Assembly (NCBI RefSeq): GCF_009914755.1
Contig: NC_060936.1
Strand: one strand, 5' to 3'
Length of the DNA stretch: 64,000 nucleotides
Origin: the human T2T-CHM13v2.0 reference genome, Homo sapiens
The notes under the pieces were generated by a model, which had not been told where the DNA came from, made no database searches, and saw only the letters and a program-made list of their open reading frames with translations. The position numbers and the translations under genes were made by a program. This document shows positions 1-12,779 of the stretch, piece after piece (the first letter of the stretch is position 1; each line of letters begins with the position of its first letter).

Positions 1-65
1 TTATTGCTGCTTACATATTCCCTAATGGTGTTAGGACTGAGCAGAAATGGTGTTGTAATTCTTAA

Positions 66-370
<305 letters not shown>

Positions 371-1814
371 CTCTAATTCTTAAAGTACAAGTTTTGTCAG
401 TGCCTGCTGTCTACTCAACACTGTTTGTTGTTCTGAATAAATAAAATTATGTGACATAATCCCTGCTTTCAAAGGGTGTTCAATGTAAAGGTAGAAACAA
501 CACAAGCAAAGATAAAAATTATATAAAAATGTAAAGAGCCTAAGATAAGTTCTATCACCAAACACTAATCTGGGCGGCATTGACCATAGTCCCTGAGATA
601 ATTCCAAAAATACAGAGTTCCAGGAGGAGTGGAAGGAATGCCTCTGCTCTGGCTAGCTCCCAGGTGTCCAGCAGGTAGCCTTTTGTACAGTGATTCAGAG
701 GCCCAAGCTTTTCCCATCTGTTACTCCACAATTCACCTAGGGCCGCAGAGACTTCTGGATCTCTCCTGGAGGACCACACAGGGGCCTTTCATGGGCCGGC
801 CCGGAAGTGGAACCCTTCTTTCCACTAGCACTCAATATCCAGTCACACAGCCAGTCCTAACTGCAGGGGAGGCTGAGGAATGCAGTCTAGCCAGGTATCC
901 AGGAAGACCATGGACATCCATGAGCTCTCACAGTCTGTGCCATCCAAGGGAAGACTCAAACCACTCGTCCAAGAACAAAAGGGATTGAGACAGTTAGCTC
1001 TAAAGGCTGACCCCATATGGAGAGCTATAGGGTCCAACATCGACAGAGATACAACAGCCTTGGTCATAATTTTAGAAGTAGGTACCTGAATGGCCAGTTG
1101 TACAGATGGAAAATAGCAGTCTGAAGCAGAGAACTCCAGGCTGTGACTAAGTCATTAAGAGCACCGTAACCGGAGGCTCTTCCTTCCGCCCCACTCCAAC
1201 CCCCCTGAAAAAAACAAACTGATCCTATGCAGCAAGATCTTTGCCAGTGAGTCACGGAGCGGAGGCACCAGGCTGGAGCTTGAAGGATGCTGCCAAGATG
1301 CTTTGACCGTAAAAATGTTTACAACATGGCTGGATTCAGCCCAGACAGGAAAGGGATAAAAAGAGAAAACAAAAGAAGTGTCACCCTGTGGCTGCAGCTG
1401 CACACAGACAGATCGCCCCTGGGAAATTGCTGGTCCTGAGCAAACAGCCTTGAGAAGCAGGCAAGGGAGGGAGGTTAAGAGGACTGGACCACAGACACCT
1501 TGAACTCAGAAGATCCAAAACCACCCAGTATTCCATTTCCTGGTAAACTGCACCCCCATCTAGTAAGCTACCTGACTTAGAAAGGTGGGTGTCATCACTG
1601 ATTCTCCACTCAGTCACCAAGCCCCGTGGATCTGAATTAACTCTCACATCCCTTCCAATCTACCCACCCCTATATCCCTGCCTTAGCTCAGGGTCCCCCA
1701 CTTCCTCACATGGGCTAACAGATCTACAACTTGACTCCAGTTTTCCCTCCTTCCATAATTCATTTAGTCCTCTAACAGATATTTACTGAGCATTCGGACA
1801 CTAGGATGGTCACA

Positions 1815-2225
1815 GATACTAGGATATCTGCCTTCCCAATGTCCTTTATCACCTTCTTCCTTACCAACTGAATCCCAGTTTGGTCAGGAAAGTAACATGC
1901 ACCATCAAAAAAATATCACCTTCACAGACTTCTTTGCAAGTAGAGGCTATCTAAGCAGATATCTCTAGAAATGGCATCTTTCCTTGAATGTAAAAAAAAA
2001 GAGGGGGTGGAGAGGCTTCCAAGGAAAAAGCCTTAGCCCTTTTCTCCTTTCAGCATGCCATGTGGACGTGACGCCTGGAGATATCGCACCCACCTTATAA
2101 TCAGGAGGAAGAATGCCACGTGTGGAGGATGGTGCCACAGGAATCTGGAAGAGCTCGATCCTGGACGACTTGCTCAAGCAGCTGCACATTCCTCCTGCCA
2201 CCTACTTCTGGATATTGTGTTAGGT
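1815..2225 (+). mobile_element. MaLR LTR (MLT1J-like), 5' part; 3' end resumes at ~2741-2815
   Basis: Resembles remembered MLT1J consensus (ccttcttccttac...gacgtgacgcctggag...cctacttctgga); interrupted by an MLT1D-like LTR. Confidence 0.55.
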
Positions 2226-2228
2226 GGG

Positions 2229-2740
2229 TGTCTTCATTTCCTACTGCTGCTGTAACAAATGACCACAAACTTAGTGGCTTAAAACAACATATATTTATCT
2301 CTTCCAGTTCTAGAGGTCAGAAGTGCAAAATCAGTTTCTTGGGGTTAAACCTAGGTGTTGGCAGAGCTTGTTCCTTCTGTTTCCTCTGAGGGAAGAATCC
2401 TTTTCCTTGGCTCTTTTGATTTCTAGTGGCCACATTTGTGCCTCAGCTTGTGGCCTCTCCCTTTATCTTCCAAGTACATCCCTGCAATCTCTGGTTTCAC
2501 CATCATGCCTCTTCTCCTCTCTGGCTCCTGCTGCGTCCTTGTTTTAAGGACCCTTGTGAGAACATCAGGACAATCAGGATACAGCAGGGACATGAGGATA
2601 ATCCAAGATAATCCTCCCATTTCAAGATCCTTAATTTAATCACATCTGAAAAGTCCCTTTTGCCATGTAAGGAATCATATTCCTAGGTTACAAAAATTAG
2701 GACAAGGACATCTTTGAGGGCCATTATACAGCCTACCACA
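2229..2740 (-). mobile_element. MaLR LTR (MLT1D-like)
   Basis: ctgctgtaacaaatgaccacaaacttagtggcttaaaacaac ... ataatcctcccatttcaagatccttaa...cttttgccatgtaagg...gcctaccaca terminus. Confidence 0.85.
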
Positions 2741-3060
2741 GGAGGAAAAAACAAACTGTTTACTTGTGTCAACCAATATTTTAGGATTGCCTATGGCTCC
2801 CAACTCAGAGTTGAAGGCGACCAGAGCTGATACCACTGCCCACTGTGTCCCAGGCACTGGCACTGTGCTCAGTGCTGGAGATGTTCCAACCAGGCTGAGG
2901 ACCTCTAGCACAGAGTCTGCCATCTGTGTTTGCAGCTACGTATTTGCTTTTGACTGCCTTCTGTGAACTCCACAGGGCAGGAAATGGGTAACTTACTCTT
3001 TTCTGTGGTCTCACACCAACCTAGGGCCTGACAATTGCAGTGCTCAAATAATGTTGGTTA

Positions 3061-3122
3061 AGCAATGAACGCAAAAGCTCAGCAATGAACACAAAAACTC
3101 AGCAATGAATGCATGACTCAGC
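3061..3122 (+). repeat. 20-bp tandem repeat, ~3 copies, at an L2 3' end
   Basis: agcaatgaacgcaaaagctc / agcaatgaacacaaaaactc / agcaatgaatgcatgactc. Confidence 0.9.
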
Positions 3123-3207
3123 TACCAACTCCTAAAGACAGAAGCCTGAGTTAATTCTAAGCATCACTGAATAGAAGTGTGGAAGCTATTGATTAAACAC
3201 TCTGTCC

Positions 3208-3470
3208 CAGCAATCCCCAAAAAGAATTCCATGGAACAGATGCTGGATAAAGCAAAGGTGGAAGGTTCCCTGAAACAAATATGTTTCGAAAATCCACACA
3301 TGACTACCTCTTAAAGTTTCAACTCTGAGATGTTCCATAATGAAGAAATCTGCTTAACTTCAACTCACCATTTCCCAAGCTTACTTGGTACAATATCTAT
3401 TTTTACCTTGAACACACATTAATCTCCTATGGAAACAGGGTTCCTTGGCACATACTTTGTGAAGCACTGC
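3208..3470. mobile_element. Old hAT-Charlie-type MITE remnant
   Basis: catttcccaagcttacttgg...ggcacatactttgtgaagcactg resembles hAT-Charlie MER termini; highly diverged. Confidence 0.4.
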
Positions 3471-4329
3471 TCCACCCTTCTCAGGACTGGTCTGGGAACT
3501 AGGTCAGTTCAAGGCCTGCAGGTGGACTCAGCAGGTGATCAGGCTAAAAGTGGACTAAAGCTGCCAAACATAGGAGCGGCCATTGTCAGGAAGGGCTTTG
3601 GGGTGGAGCTGGACTTCCAAGGCTGGGTGGCACTTGTCCTGGTGTAGGGGAAGGGGGATACAGTCTGCATTTACCCCAAAGCCTGTTTGGCTTATTCCAC
3701 ATGGCCCAGGTACAGATTCAATGAACCCAGAGGAACAGTGTCAAGCAAGGGCACCCAAAGGCATTTTTCTTGAATGCCCTGATCCCAAGCCAGCTGACCA
3801 TTTCCCGGCTACCTCCAGCCAAATGGCAGCTAGAGCATGAGGACCTGATCCCCTCCTCCACAACAGCCTTCCTGGATGGGGACTTCCTTTGCTCTGCTGT
3901 AAGAATCCATGTGACTCTGTGGCCCCTCTGCATTCAGATCCATCTGTGTTAAGAGAATGACTGCTCTCTGCTTTCTCTTAGCAGCCAGCATTGACCAGGC
4001 TCCAGGGAAGTCCCCCACCCCTCCCACCTCATGCACAAACATTTTCTGGTCTGCCTCGGGGCTGTGTATTCATTATGGCACATTTGTCTATGAAATAACA
4101 AAGCTGAACATGATGTTGAAGATCCTCTTCTGTGGTTTTCATATTGATATCTGCAGAGCCCTGGGGGCTCATCAGGGACACCCTGGGGTCCACTAATACA
4201 GAGATGGGGCAGCTGCTGGAGGCTCCACTTTCACCATTTTTGTATTGAACTCCATGAATGTTCATATCAGTGAAAGAATTCATTTGTATCCCATATACAT
4301 AACTTTTTAAAAATTTTCAATCCACATTC

Positions 4330-4470
4330 CCTTGGTCAAGGTCTTTATATTGCAGATAGGAAAACTGAGTACCAGAGAAGGAAAGTAAGCACCCAAGGCT
4401 GCAGAGCAAATTAAAGGCACAGTTAGAAGAGACTCCAGGTCTCTTGACTCCCAGTTTCCATCATACTATG
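4330..4470 (-). mobile_element. MIR SINE
   Basis: ttgcagataggaaaactgag...cccaaggctgcagagc...ccaggtctcttgactcccag MIR core. Confidence 0.75.
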
Positions 4471-6699
4471 TGGTTCCCAGCATGGGTGGCACCAGACCAG
4501 AATAGAGCATTTGATGCAAAATCTTTAAGAGACATACTTTTTTCCCCAATTCCCCAAATTTACTACATTGATAAGGAGGAATTTTAACTTTTGTAGGATA
4601 TAAAAAGTGGCATAAAATAGACTTTCACAAATAAATTTGGATTACAATAAGGAGCATGCTTCCTAAAGGAACTCCCCAGGGACCCCATTTGGTAAGTTAA
4701 CTACTTTACCTTCCCTCTATTGGAAGGTTCTACTGGCTATAAAATGAATTTTCATATAAGGATCTCCTTCCATCCTCCAACCCTCCCAAACCCTAACCAC
4801 ATCCCTTTTCACCAGCTTCTTGGTCATTTTTTAGCAACATTACCCTAGCCAAAGAAAGAGAAGTATTTTTAATCCTGAGAAGGCTTAAAACATGGAATAT
4901 GTCCTGTATGTACATATTCCAAAATAGTTAAGCACTTTCCATCCCACAAACAGTAGGTACTAGCCCAATCTACTTCCTGATCCAACCCTTCTCCCCCACC
5001 CACCACCTCCAACTCAGGATAAATCAACAAAAAGGACTCTCTTTACTTTTCAGAATACATGGTAAAGAGAATATACATCTATAGGAAATTTAAGACACAG
5101 TAATCCTCAATTTGTCAACTTCAGGACTTTTGTCAGGAAAGGCTTTGTGAAATTTCAGTAGGGTCACGGGACCCACCATTTGTTTCAATCGAGCATGCAC
5201 TCTCTCCTGCTCCTTTCCTGCACCCTTCTCTCTTTGACGACTCTCTTATTTGGGTTACACTCTCTACGAGACTGGAATTGTGGCCGTAAAACAAAATGAG
5301 GACCTGAAGCTCAAAATGGGTAAGTAACCTACTCAGGGTCACACAGCAAGTAAGGGGTGAAGCCCAAATTCAGATCTGGGTTTTAGACTCCAATGCTCAT
5401 ATTTTCTCTACTTGGGCCTTAGCCTCCAAAACATGTAATATTAACAATATGGTCTAACATTCTTGGAGGTCTTGCTATGTGCTAGGCACTGTGCAAAACT
5501 GCTGTCCTTGAAGAAGTATAAAAATAAACACACCTCAGCAAGGAAAAGGAGGACCTTTTGGATTTTCAATCTCTCTCTGTCCTTCAGTTGAGACATGCAA
5601 AAAACAATCATCCATCTCTGGAACTTACAATTGAATGGTATAAGATCCACAGACACAGGCAACCAATTGAATAGCCATCTTTACAATCTGACCTCTTGCA
5701 TTTGAAAGAAAGAAACATGATCCTTTTAACTCTTCAGATGTCTCCCAGCATATCACATCCTGTGCTCTTGCCAGATCACAGAAATAAATGGCAACATCAC
5801 TTTCACAGTACCTGTCTGAATATTGGATGTGGACTGCATCCTAGATATTACCACCCCCCATGACAACCAAGCATACTAGATACTTTAGGAGAGTTCCAGA
5901 TTCAGCATCTATCCTGTTATCCACATAAGTGGCTTGTTGAACCATGCAGTTACCATATAAAAACCCCACAAATCTGCTCAAATAGTTAACGTGAACCTCA
6001 TGTCACCAAAACCTATAGTTTCAGTATGGGCTTGAACTTGTCCCTGGAATTGCTTGAATTTATGACTATTTAAGAGGGGTCGGTTTTCAAGTTGCAGTTC
6101 AGGATCTCAGAGGCTGGCATGAACCTTTTCCCTCTTTAACAGATTGGTTTCAGAAATCAAAGATTCCAAAGATTGAAGTGTCATCTGTGTTTTGTAGACA
6201 AGTATCTACTTAATCACTACTTCATTGCCTGAGGAGAGACTCATAATGTGTTCATGTATTCCAAAAGAATTTGGTTTCCCAGTTGGCAATAAATATCATA
6301 AGTTTCCAAACTGGGCATGTTGAGGCATTTGACATATCACGCTGCAGATCTAAGAACAAGACAAAGGGTGTTTGTATGCCAGAACAGAATGGTGGGGAAG
6401 CTAAGGACACCCAAAGTTCTCTCATCTAAAGATACTTCACTGCCACCATTTCCCTTTTACTACCTTAGTCACCAAAAATTCTACCCACCATGAATGTCCA
6501 GGCCCCCCTTCCCTTAGGTTGAAGCAATCCTAGTGTATACATCAGTGATGAATATTCACTGGGCTTCAGGACCCAGGAAAGCCAGACAGAGGGAAAAGTA
6601 TTTATACAAAGGCTAAAGCATAGTCAATCAAAAATGTAAGAGTTAGTTTATAGAAGAGGAGAAGAGGAGAAGCAACTGCACCTTCAGTGTTTCTCTAGC

Positions 6700-6741
6700 T
6701 CCAATCCTACTAGAAAAATTGTTCCAATCCTACTAGAAAAA
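6700..6741 (+). repeat. 19-bp local direct duplication
   Basis: tccaatcctactagaaaaa occurs at 6700-6718 and 6723-6741. Confidence 0.85.
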
Positions 6742-7677
6742 ATGCCAGAACTTGTCCTCCCTACACTGTCCTTTAACCCCTTTGGAGTCACTAGACAATA
6801 TCAGATGTGCACAGGAACAAGTCTTCTATTGCTCTTTGACTTCTGCCCCATCAGGAATATTTGCTGTCCCCACTTCTGCTGTCCCCAAAGCCACCTCTAG
6901 CTACCTTGTCATTATCACTGCTAGCCTTAGTCTCCTAGCCTTGCCAGAAAGACCTCCTTCCACTCTATTCTCAGCACTCATTTCCTGAAAACCCAATCAA
7001 GAGCCTCTCAGTATTGGGTTGGAGAAGTGATACATATCTGATGTACTGAACATCACTCACCCTCTTATGACTGTCTCATGCCCCTGAAACAAACCTATGC
7101 ACCTCTACTATTTATTTAGGGTGAATTCCAATACAGAGTTTTTCTTGATTCCTCCTATAACCCACCCCACTGTCCTTCCAAGCTCATCTGAATAATGTTT
7201 ACATTATCTCATTTAATCACCACCGCAACAACACAAGATAGATTATCTCTATGTAGGTCATCCCTTACATCCCTGGTGTTTCTCGAAGACACACCACCAT
7301 CCTGGGAGTAAAATAAGGCAAGTTAAAAAGATTAAACTGCATGTCTCTGATTCTAGCCACCCCTCCCCTCTTTCAAGATCTCAGGTACTCCTGAGAGTTC
7401 ACTCTTCCAAGGGGGCCACTTCTCCCGTGCTCACAAACGAGCTTCACCCTCCTCCAGTTACTAGACTTTTGCTGCCTTTAAACCAATTTAAAGGACCAGA
7501 TTTATTGAATAGAATAATGTCAGAGAGGGTGCTGTATTGGCTTACCACTACCACCTCCAATGCTATCTTTTACTTCTGCCCCCTGAATCCTCCCAAGCTC
7601 TTAGTGCCTGCAGTGGTCATCAAATTTGTCAACATGCCACAATGTCAGTCATCAGGAAATCATGACCAAACTAGCCA

Positions 7678-8180
7678 GGATTCTTAGGGTGGCAAGTGAC
7701 AGACACCCAAGTCAAGGTGAATAAGCAGAAAAGGGATGTTTTTAGGTGACATCACTGAAGAAACTCGGGGTAGTGCAGTATTCAGGAATCTCGGTCCCCT
7801 CCCTCTCTCCTCTCTGCTCTGCTTTGTGCTAGCTTTATTCCCAAACAAGCTCCCTCCTTATGGTGGCAACATTGGTCAGTGTGACTGTCAGCTCCAAATT
7901 TATTGCTATGCATAGCAGGAAAAGGGAGAAAATAATTCTGGAATAATACTCATGGCAAGGTCTCTGATTGCCTCAGTTTGTGTAACATACTCATCCTTCA
8001 ACCAATCACTGTGACCAGAGGAAGATACACTTTAGGTCATCTGCCCACCCCTGGGAACACACATGGTTATAGGAGAGTGTTGGTTTCACCTAAACTAAAT
8101 AGAATAGTTTCCATAGAGGAAAGAAAGATCCTGTCACTAAAACAAGAGGGAGAAGAATGCCAGGAAAGCAAAAGCAAGAT
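7678..8180 (-). mobile_element. MaLR LTR (MLT1K/L-like)
   Basis: ggattcttagggtggcaagtgacagacaccca...accaatcactgtgaccagagg...ggtcatctgcccacccctgg. Confidence 0.65.
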
Positions 8181-8989
8181 ATTCCCAAATAGACTTCATT
8201 CCAAGATCTTACATCTCTCTTTACTCCTTTAGGCTTGCTGAGAAACTGGGGTAAAACAAGATTTGCAAGTATGGGGGTGAGGACATCAATGGACGCTGTG
8301 TGAAGAGTGGGACCTGGAATATCAGGAGAAAAAGTAGGGACAGCTGTTGATTTAATTCAAACTGGCCTCGGACAAGTTTCTCTACCTGGGCCTCTGATCC
8401 TCATTCATAGGCAGATTGGTCTAAATCATTGCCTTAACCCATGGCCCTTGATCTCACCAAAGCTTCATAATTGCACTATGATCAAACTTGAGCATTGAAA
8501 TATTAAAACCTATTTCCATGCTGCTCTTAACTATGCCCAGATATGAACATTTTAGCAACTCAAAAGCAATGCCAATAGTCTTGCTGACAATCTTCCAGTC
8601 AAAAACTTGTCCTCCGAGTTAAAAGATGTTTATCACATCTTAGAATCAATAAAGCAGTTCTCCTTTTCAAATATGTTGATATATATATTATATATATAAC
8701 AATATGTATATGAATATGTTCCATAAACCTTCACAATTTTCCTAAGTTGGTCATCATGCAGAAACATTGTTCCAATTAAACAAGATGGCCTCAAATTCCT
8801 TCCTTCTCTAAAAAATCTATGGTGTTATGGGTTTTTTTCAGTTGGAAAATGGTGTCACCTCTCAGTATTCCACACCTATGAGAAAACCAATTTTCATCAT
8901 AGAATCATAAATGAACACCTCAGTCTATCTTATGGCAGTTTTAGACGATTAAAAGTATGATGCCGTTAAAAAAGGAAAAAAGCATGGTG

Positions 8990-9720
8990 CCTAAACTTCA
9001 TACTTATGAGGATGGCTATAATAAAAAAAAAGACAGATAATATAAGTGTTGGGGAGGATTGGAACCTTCATACAGTGCAGGCAGGAATATAAAATGGTGT
9101 AGCCACTTTTGTAAACAGTCTGGCAGTTTCTCTAAATGTTAAACATAGAGTTACCCTATCAGCCTGCAATTTTATTCCTAAGTATAAACCTAACAGAAAT
9201 CAAAACATATGTCCACACAAAAACTTGGACATGAATGTTCAGAGCAGCATTATTCACAATAGCCAAAAAATGGAAACAATCCAAATGTCTGTCAACTAGT
9301 GGATTAATAAATAAAACATAGTAATTCATACAATCAAATACTATTAGGCCATAAAAAAGAATGAAGTACTGATACGTGCCACAGCATGGATGAACTTTGA
9401 AAACATTATGCTAAGTAAAAGAAATGAGTCACAAAAGAACACATATTGTGTGATTCCATTTATATGAATTGTCCAAAACAGGCAAATCTATAGAAACAGA
9501 GAATAGATTAGTGGTTGTCAGGTGCTGGACGAAGGGGATAAAGAGTAAATGACTGCTAGTTGGTATGAAGTTTTTTGGGGGGAGCGATGAATATATTCTA
9601 AAATTGATTGTGCATTGTGCTGGTGGTTGTACAGGTCTATGAGCATACTAAACACCATTCAACTTTACACTTTCAATGGGTGCACTGTATAGCATGTGAA
9701 TTACAGCTTAGGAAAGCTTT
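8990..9720 (+). mobile_element. Ancient L1 (L1MB/L1MC-type) 3' end
   Basis: ggatggctataataaaaaa...gaatgttcagagcagcattattcacaatagccaaaaaatggaaacaatccaaatgtc...tgtgattccatttatatgaa. Confidence 0.9.
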
Positions 9721-9860
9721 TTTTTTTTTAAGTATTGTGACTAAGATCTGGTTGGCAAACAAATTAATACTGCTTGTCAACTACATTTAATTAATGAGAG
9801 GATATGAGGATTTTTTTTCCCTGCACAATTTCCATTCCCCCTTCTGCTATGCTATGATAT

Positions 9861-10338
9861 ATTTTTTCCTCTAATTGCCTCTTTTTTTTCCTTGTAAGTT
9901 TTTATTTCTATAGGTTTTTGTGAATAGGTGGTATTTGGTTACATGAATAAGTGCTTTAGTAGGGATTTGTGAGATTTTGGTGCACCTGTCACCTGAGTGG
10001 TATATACTGAACCCGATTTCTAGTCTTATTCCTCACCTGCTTCCCACCCTTTCCCCCTGAGTCCCCAAATTCCATTGTGTCATTCCTGTGCCTTTGCATC
10101 CTCATAGTTTAGCTCCCACTTATAAGTGAGAACATAGGATGTTTGGTTTTTCCAGTCCTGAGTAACTTCACTTAGAATAATAGTCTCCAATCCTACCCAG
10201 ATTGCTGCGAATGCCATTCATTCATTCCTTTTTATGGCTGAGCAGTATTCCACTGCATAAACATACCACAGTTACTTTATCCACTCATTGATTGATGGGC
10301 ATTTGTGCTGGTTCCACATTTTTGCAATTGCAAATTGT
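9861..10338 (-). mobile_element. 5'-truncated L1PB-type LINE
   Basis: Reverse-complement L1PB 3'UTR (ggtggtatttggttacatgaataag...gagattttggtgcacc...agctcccacttataagtgagaacat); 13-bp TSD tatgctatgatat at 9848-9860 and 10339-10351. Confidence 0.92.
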
Positions 10339-10351
10339 TATGCTATGATAT

Positions 10352-10927
10352 TGTTTGATAGGAAGCACTGCACAGCATTTCCCATTTTATGTGTTCCCTG
10401 TGAAGCTGCCTTCATCATTTCTACCCCTCTAGACTCTAAGGAGGGAACACATGACCAGGCTAAGCCAGTCAGCACATATCCTTCCCTTGGTGACAGTGAT
10501 TGGTTCAGCAATAAGCACATGATGCTGTGGGTGACAGTGATTGGCTGAGAGATAGGCATGTGACTCAAATTAGACCAATCAGAGCTAATGAGACTCATCC
10601 CCCTGATTTTATTTGAGCTCTTGGGGGTCTCACCCTTCTCTTTCTCCAATGGCTGTGAGTCTGAATGGAGGTACAGGGTGCAGTTAGCAGCTCCTTGCAA
10701 GCGTGAAGCAGCAGCCTGGGAATGATGGCAATACAGAATTAAGCAGAACTGAGAGAGGGAAGCAGAGTCCTGCCTGCAAGTCATTTGAGCCCTGATTCCT
10801 GCCATGCCTGCAGCCAGATCTTTCCTCTGTACTGTCCCATTATAGAAACTATAAAGTTCCCCATTCTGCATAAACTAAAATGGGTTGGGTTTTCCATCTC
10901 TTGTAGCCAAGAGAATCCTAAGTGAAA
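10352..10927 (+). mobile_element. MaLR LTR (MLT1K-like); its 5' end at ~9800-9847 is split off by the L1PB
   Basis: gtgacagtgattggttcagc...catgtgactcaaattagaccaatcagag...tgggttgggttttccatctcttgtagccaagagaatcctaa. Confidence 0.75.
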
Positions 10928-11869
10928 GAAATAGAAAATGGCTTTCCTAAGCACTGCCTTGAGAAATTGAAGGACACCTTTCTTGTGTATTGAAAGAAGG
11001 CTCAACTGACTAGAAATTTCTATCCTTGGGGTAGGACCAGAGCTGGGACAGGGAATGTTGGCACCTATGCCACATAGTGGAGGAAATAAAGCCAAAACTG
11101 TGTGGTGGTAAATGTCTTGTCTTTAGCGCCACAGATTATTGATAATTGATCATACTCCAATCTCCCCACAGAGAAAATGGATTTAGAAATATTTCCAACT
11201 CCCACTGCCCAGCAAAATATGGTTGGCCAATGTTTCCCCAGGATATCAGGAAAGCCAGTGCAGTCAGATTCCATCTGATTTGCAAAGCACCAGGTCTTGT
11301 GAACACTAATGTGCTGATCAGCTTTCAAAGAACCAACCAAGCCTCTGCAAGCCAAAAAAAGGAGACTTACATGGGCTTTATCAATCAGTTATCTTTCTGA
11401 TTAGTATTTAGTTGCACTTTGAGGATTAATTCCTTCAATACAAGTGAACACTTGTAATCCATATGAATATACTCACCCTATAAGGAGATTTTATTAAGGT
11501 AAATACCTGAAGTATTCATGATATTGTGAAACTCAAATCTCCCAAATGAACAACTGAGGTCTTATACACAGCTCAGGAGATAAAGCACCTCAATGGCCTT
11601 CTTTGAGTCATGAAGGCTGTGGGCCTATTCACCTTCGAATTTTGGATTTGACTCACCTTTGGGATTTGAGGATCTAAGCCAAGTTTGTCTACACACAAAA
11701 CCACAGCTTCTTCACCAGTGTTCTCTGATGCCTGAAACAATTCCTAGAACAAATTAGGCAGCCAAAAAATGTTTTTAGATTTTTTTCCTTTCTCTTCTAG
11801 AAGAAACTCCAAAGGTCAAAAGGTCTGTTCCCTGACACTCAGACCAATCCTAGACGATTAGCGTTTGGA

Positions 11870-12350
11870 AAATCAAACTAGAACAATAAAGGGAATTCAT
11901 TAGCTCATGTAACTGAATGGCCCAAGGATGGTAGAAGCTTCCAGCAAAGCTTAATCCAGGACTGTATTTTGAGATCAGGACCTGGTTTCCCTCTGTCCCT
12001 TTTTTTTTTTTTTTCCTTAGCTTATTATTAGTCCATTTTCTTTGATGTTGGTTCCATTCTCAAGTAGTCTTTCCCCTCATGGTGTCAAAATGACTGAAAA
12101 CAGCTCCACAGCTACATGATCCTTCATTCACATCCAACAGAAATAAGACACTGTGTCTCAGCATTTCCAACAATAGTCCTAAGATTTCCTTGGATTGGAT
12201 TGGCTTAGATCATGTGCCCATATCTGAACCAATCAGGATGTTTATAAAGAGGGCTGCATGCTGATTGGCCCAAGTCAGAGTCTATTCTTGAAGCTAGGAA
12301 GAATGTCAGTCTCACTCAGACCACATGACTGGGGAAGTTGGGGTACAGGA
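11870..12350 (-). mobile_element. Old MaLR LTR (MLT1L/N-like)
   Basis: gggaattcattagctcatgtaactgaa...gattggattggcttagatcatgtgcccatatctgaaccaatca. Confidence 0.65.
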
Positions 12351-12779
12351 GGTAAAGAAAGTGGGCATGATGGGTAGCCCCATTTTATATATGAAGCAAC
12401 AGAAAACCAGAGAGGTTTCATCACTCACCCAGAAAGGCAGAGTTAGTCCAGCAAGAGGAGAAACTAGACCTCCAGCCCACTGCCCAAAACAGTCTTATTC
12501 TTTCCTCTCTGTATTTAACTTACTCCGAACCAAAACTGTACAAATATCATCCTGTATTTTTCTACTTCTATCATTCTATGAAGAAAAGACAGAAATACTT
12601 TAAGGTGTTTCTAGGGGAAAGTAACTTACTTGCAGGTGCACTCCATTCCTTATGATCAGGTTCAACAATATTCAAGAACAAGCAACAACAACAACAAAAA
12701 GGTCCCAGGAACCCAATCCATAGACCAACTCAGTCGTCCCAGCCACACAAAGCAACACAAAATGACTGGCAGAGTGAAC

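Noticed and set aside
3061-3122. CRISPR-like repeat-spacer pattern
   Set aside because: Units are contiguous near-identical 20-mers without unique spacers; eukaryotic context and no cas genes
5680-6400. Possible decayed retroelement integrase (…catgttgaggcattt, VEAF-like)
   Set aside because: Only a four-residue resemblance; I cannot extend it to a convincing alignment without a search
10338-10871. Longest ORF (177 aa, minus strand)
   Set aside because: Lies within an MLT1K-like LTR; no domain similarity; chance open frame
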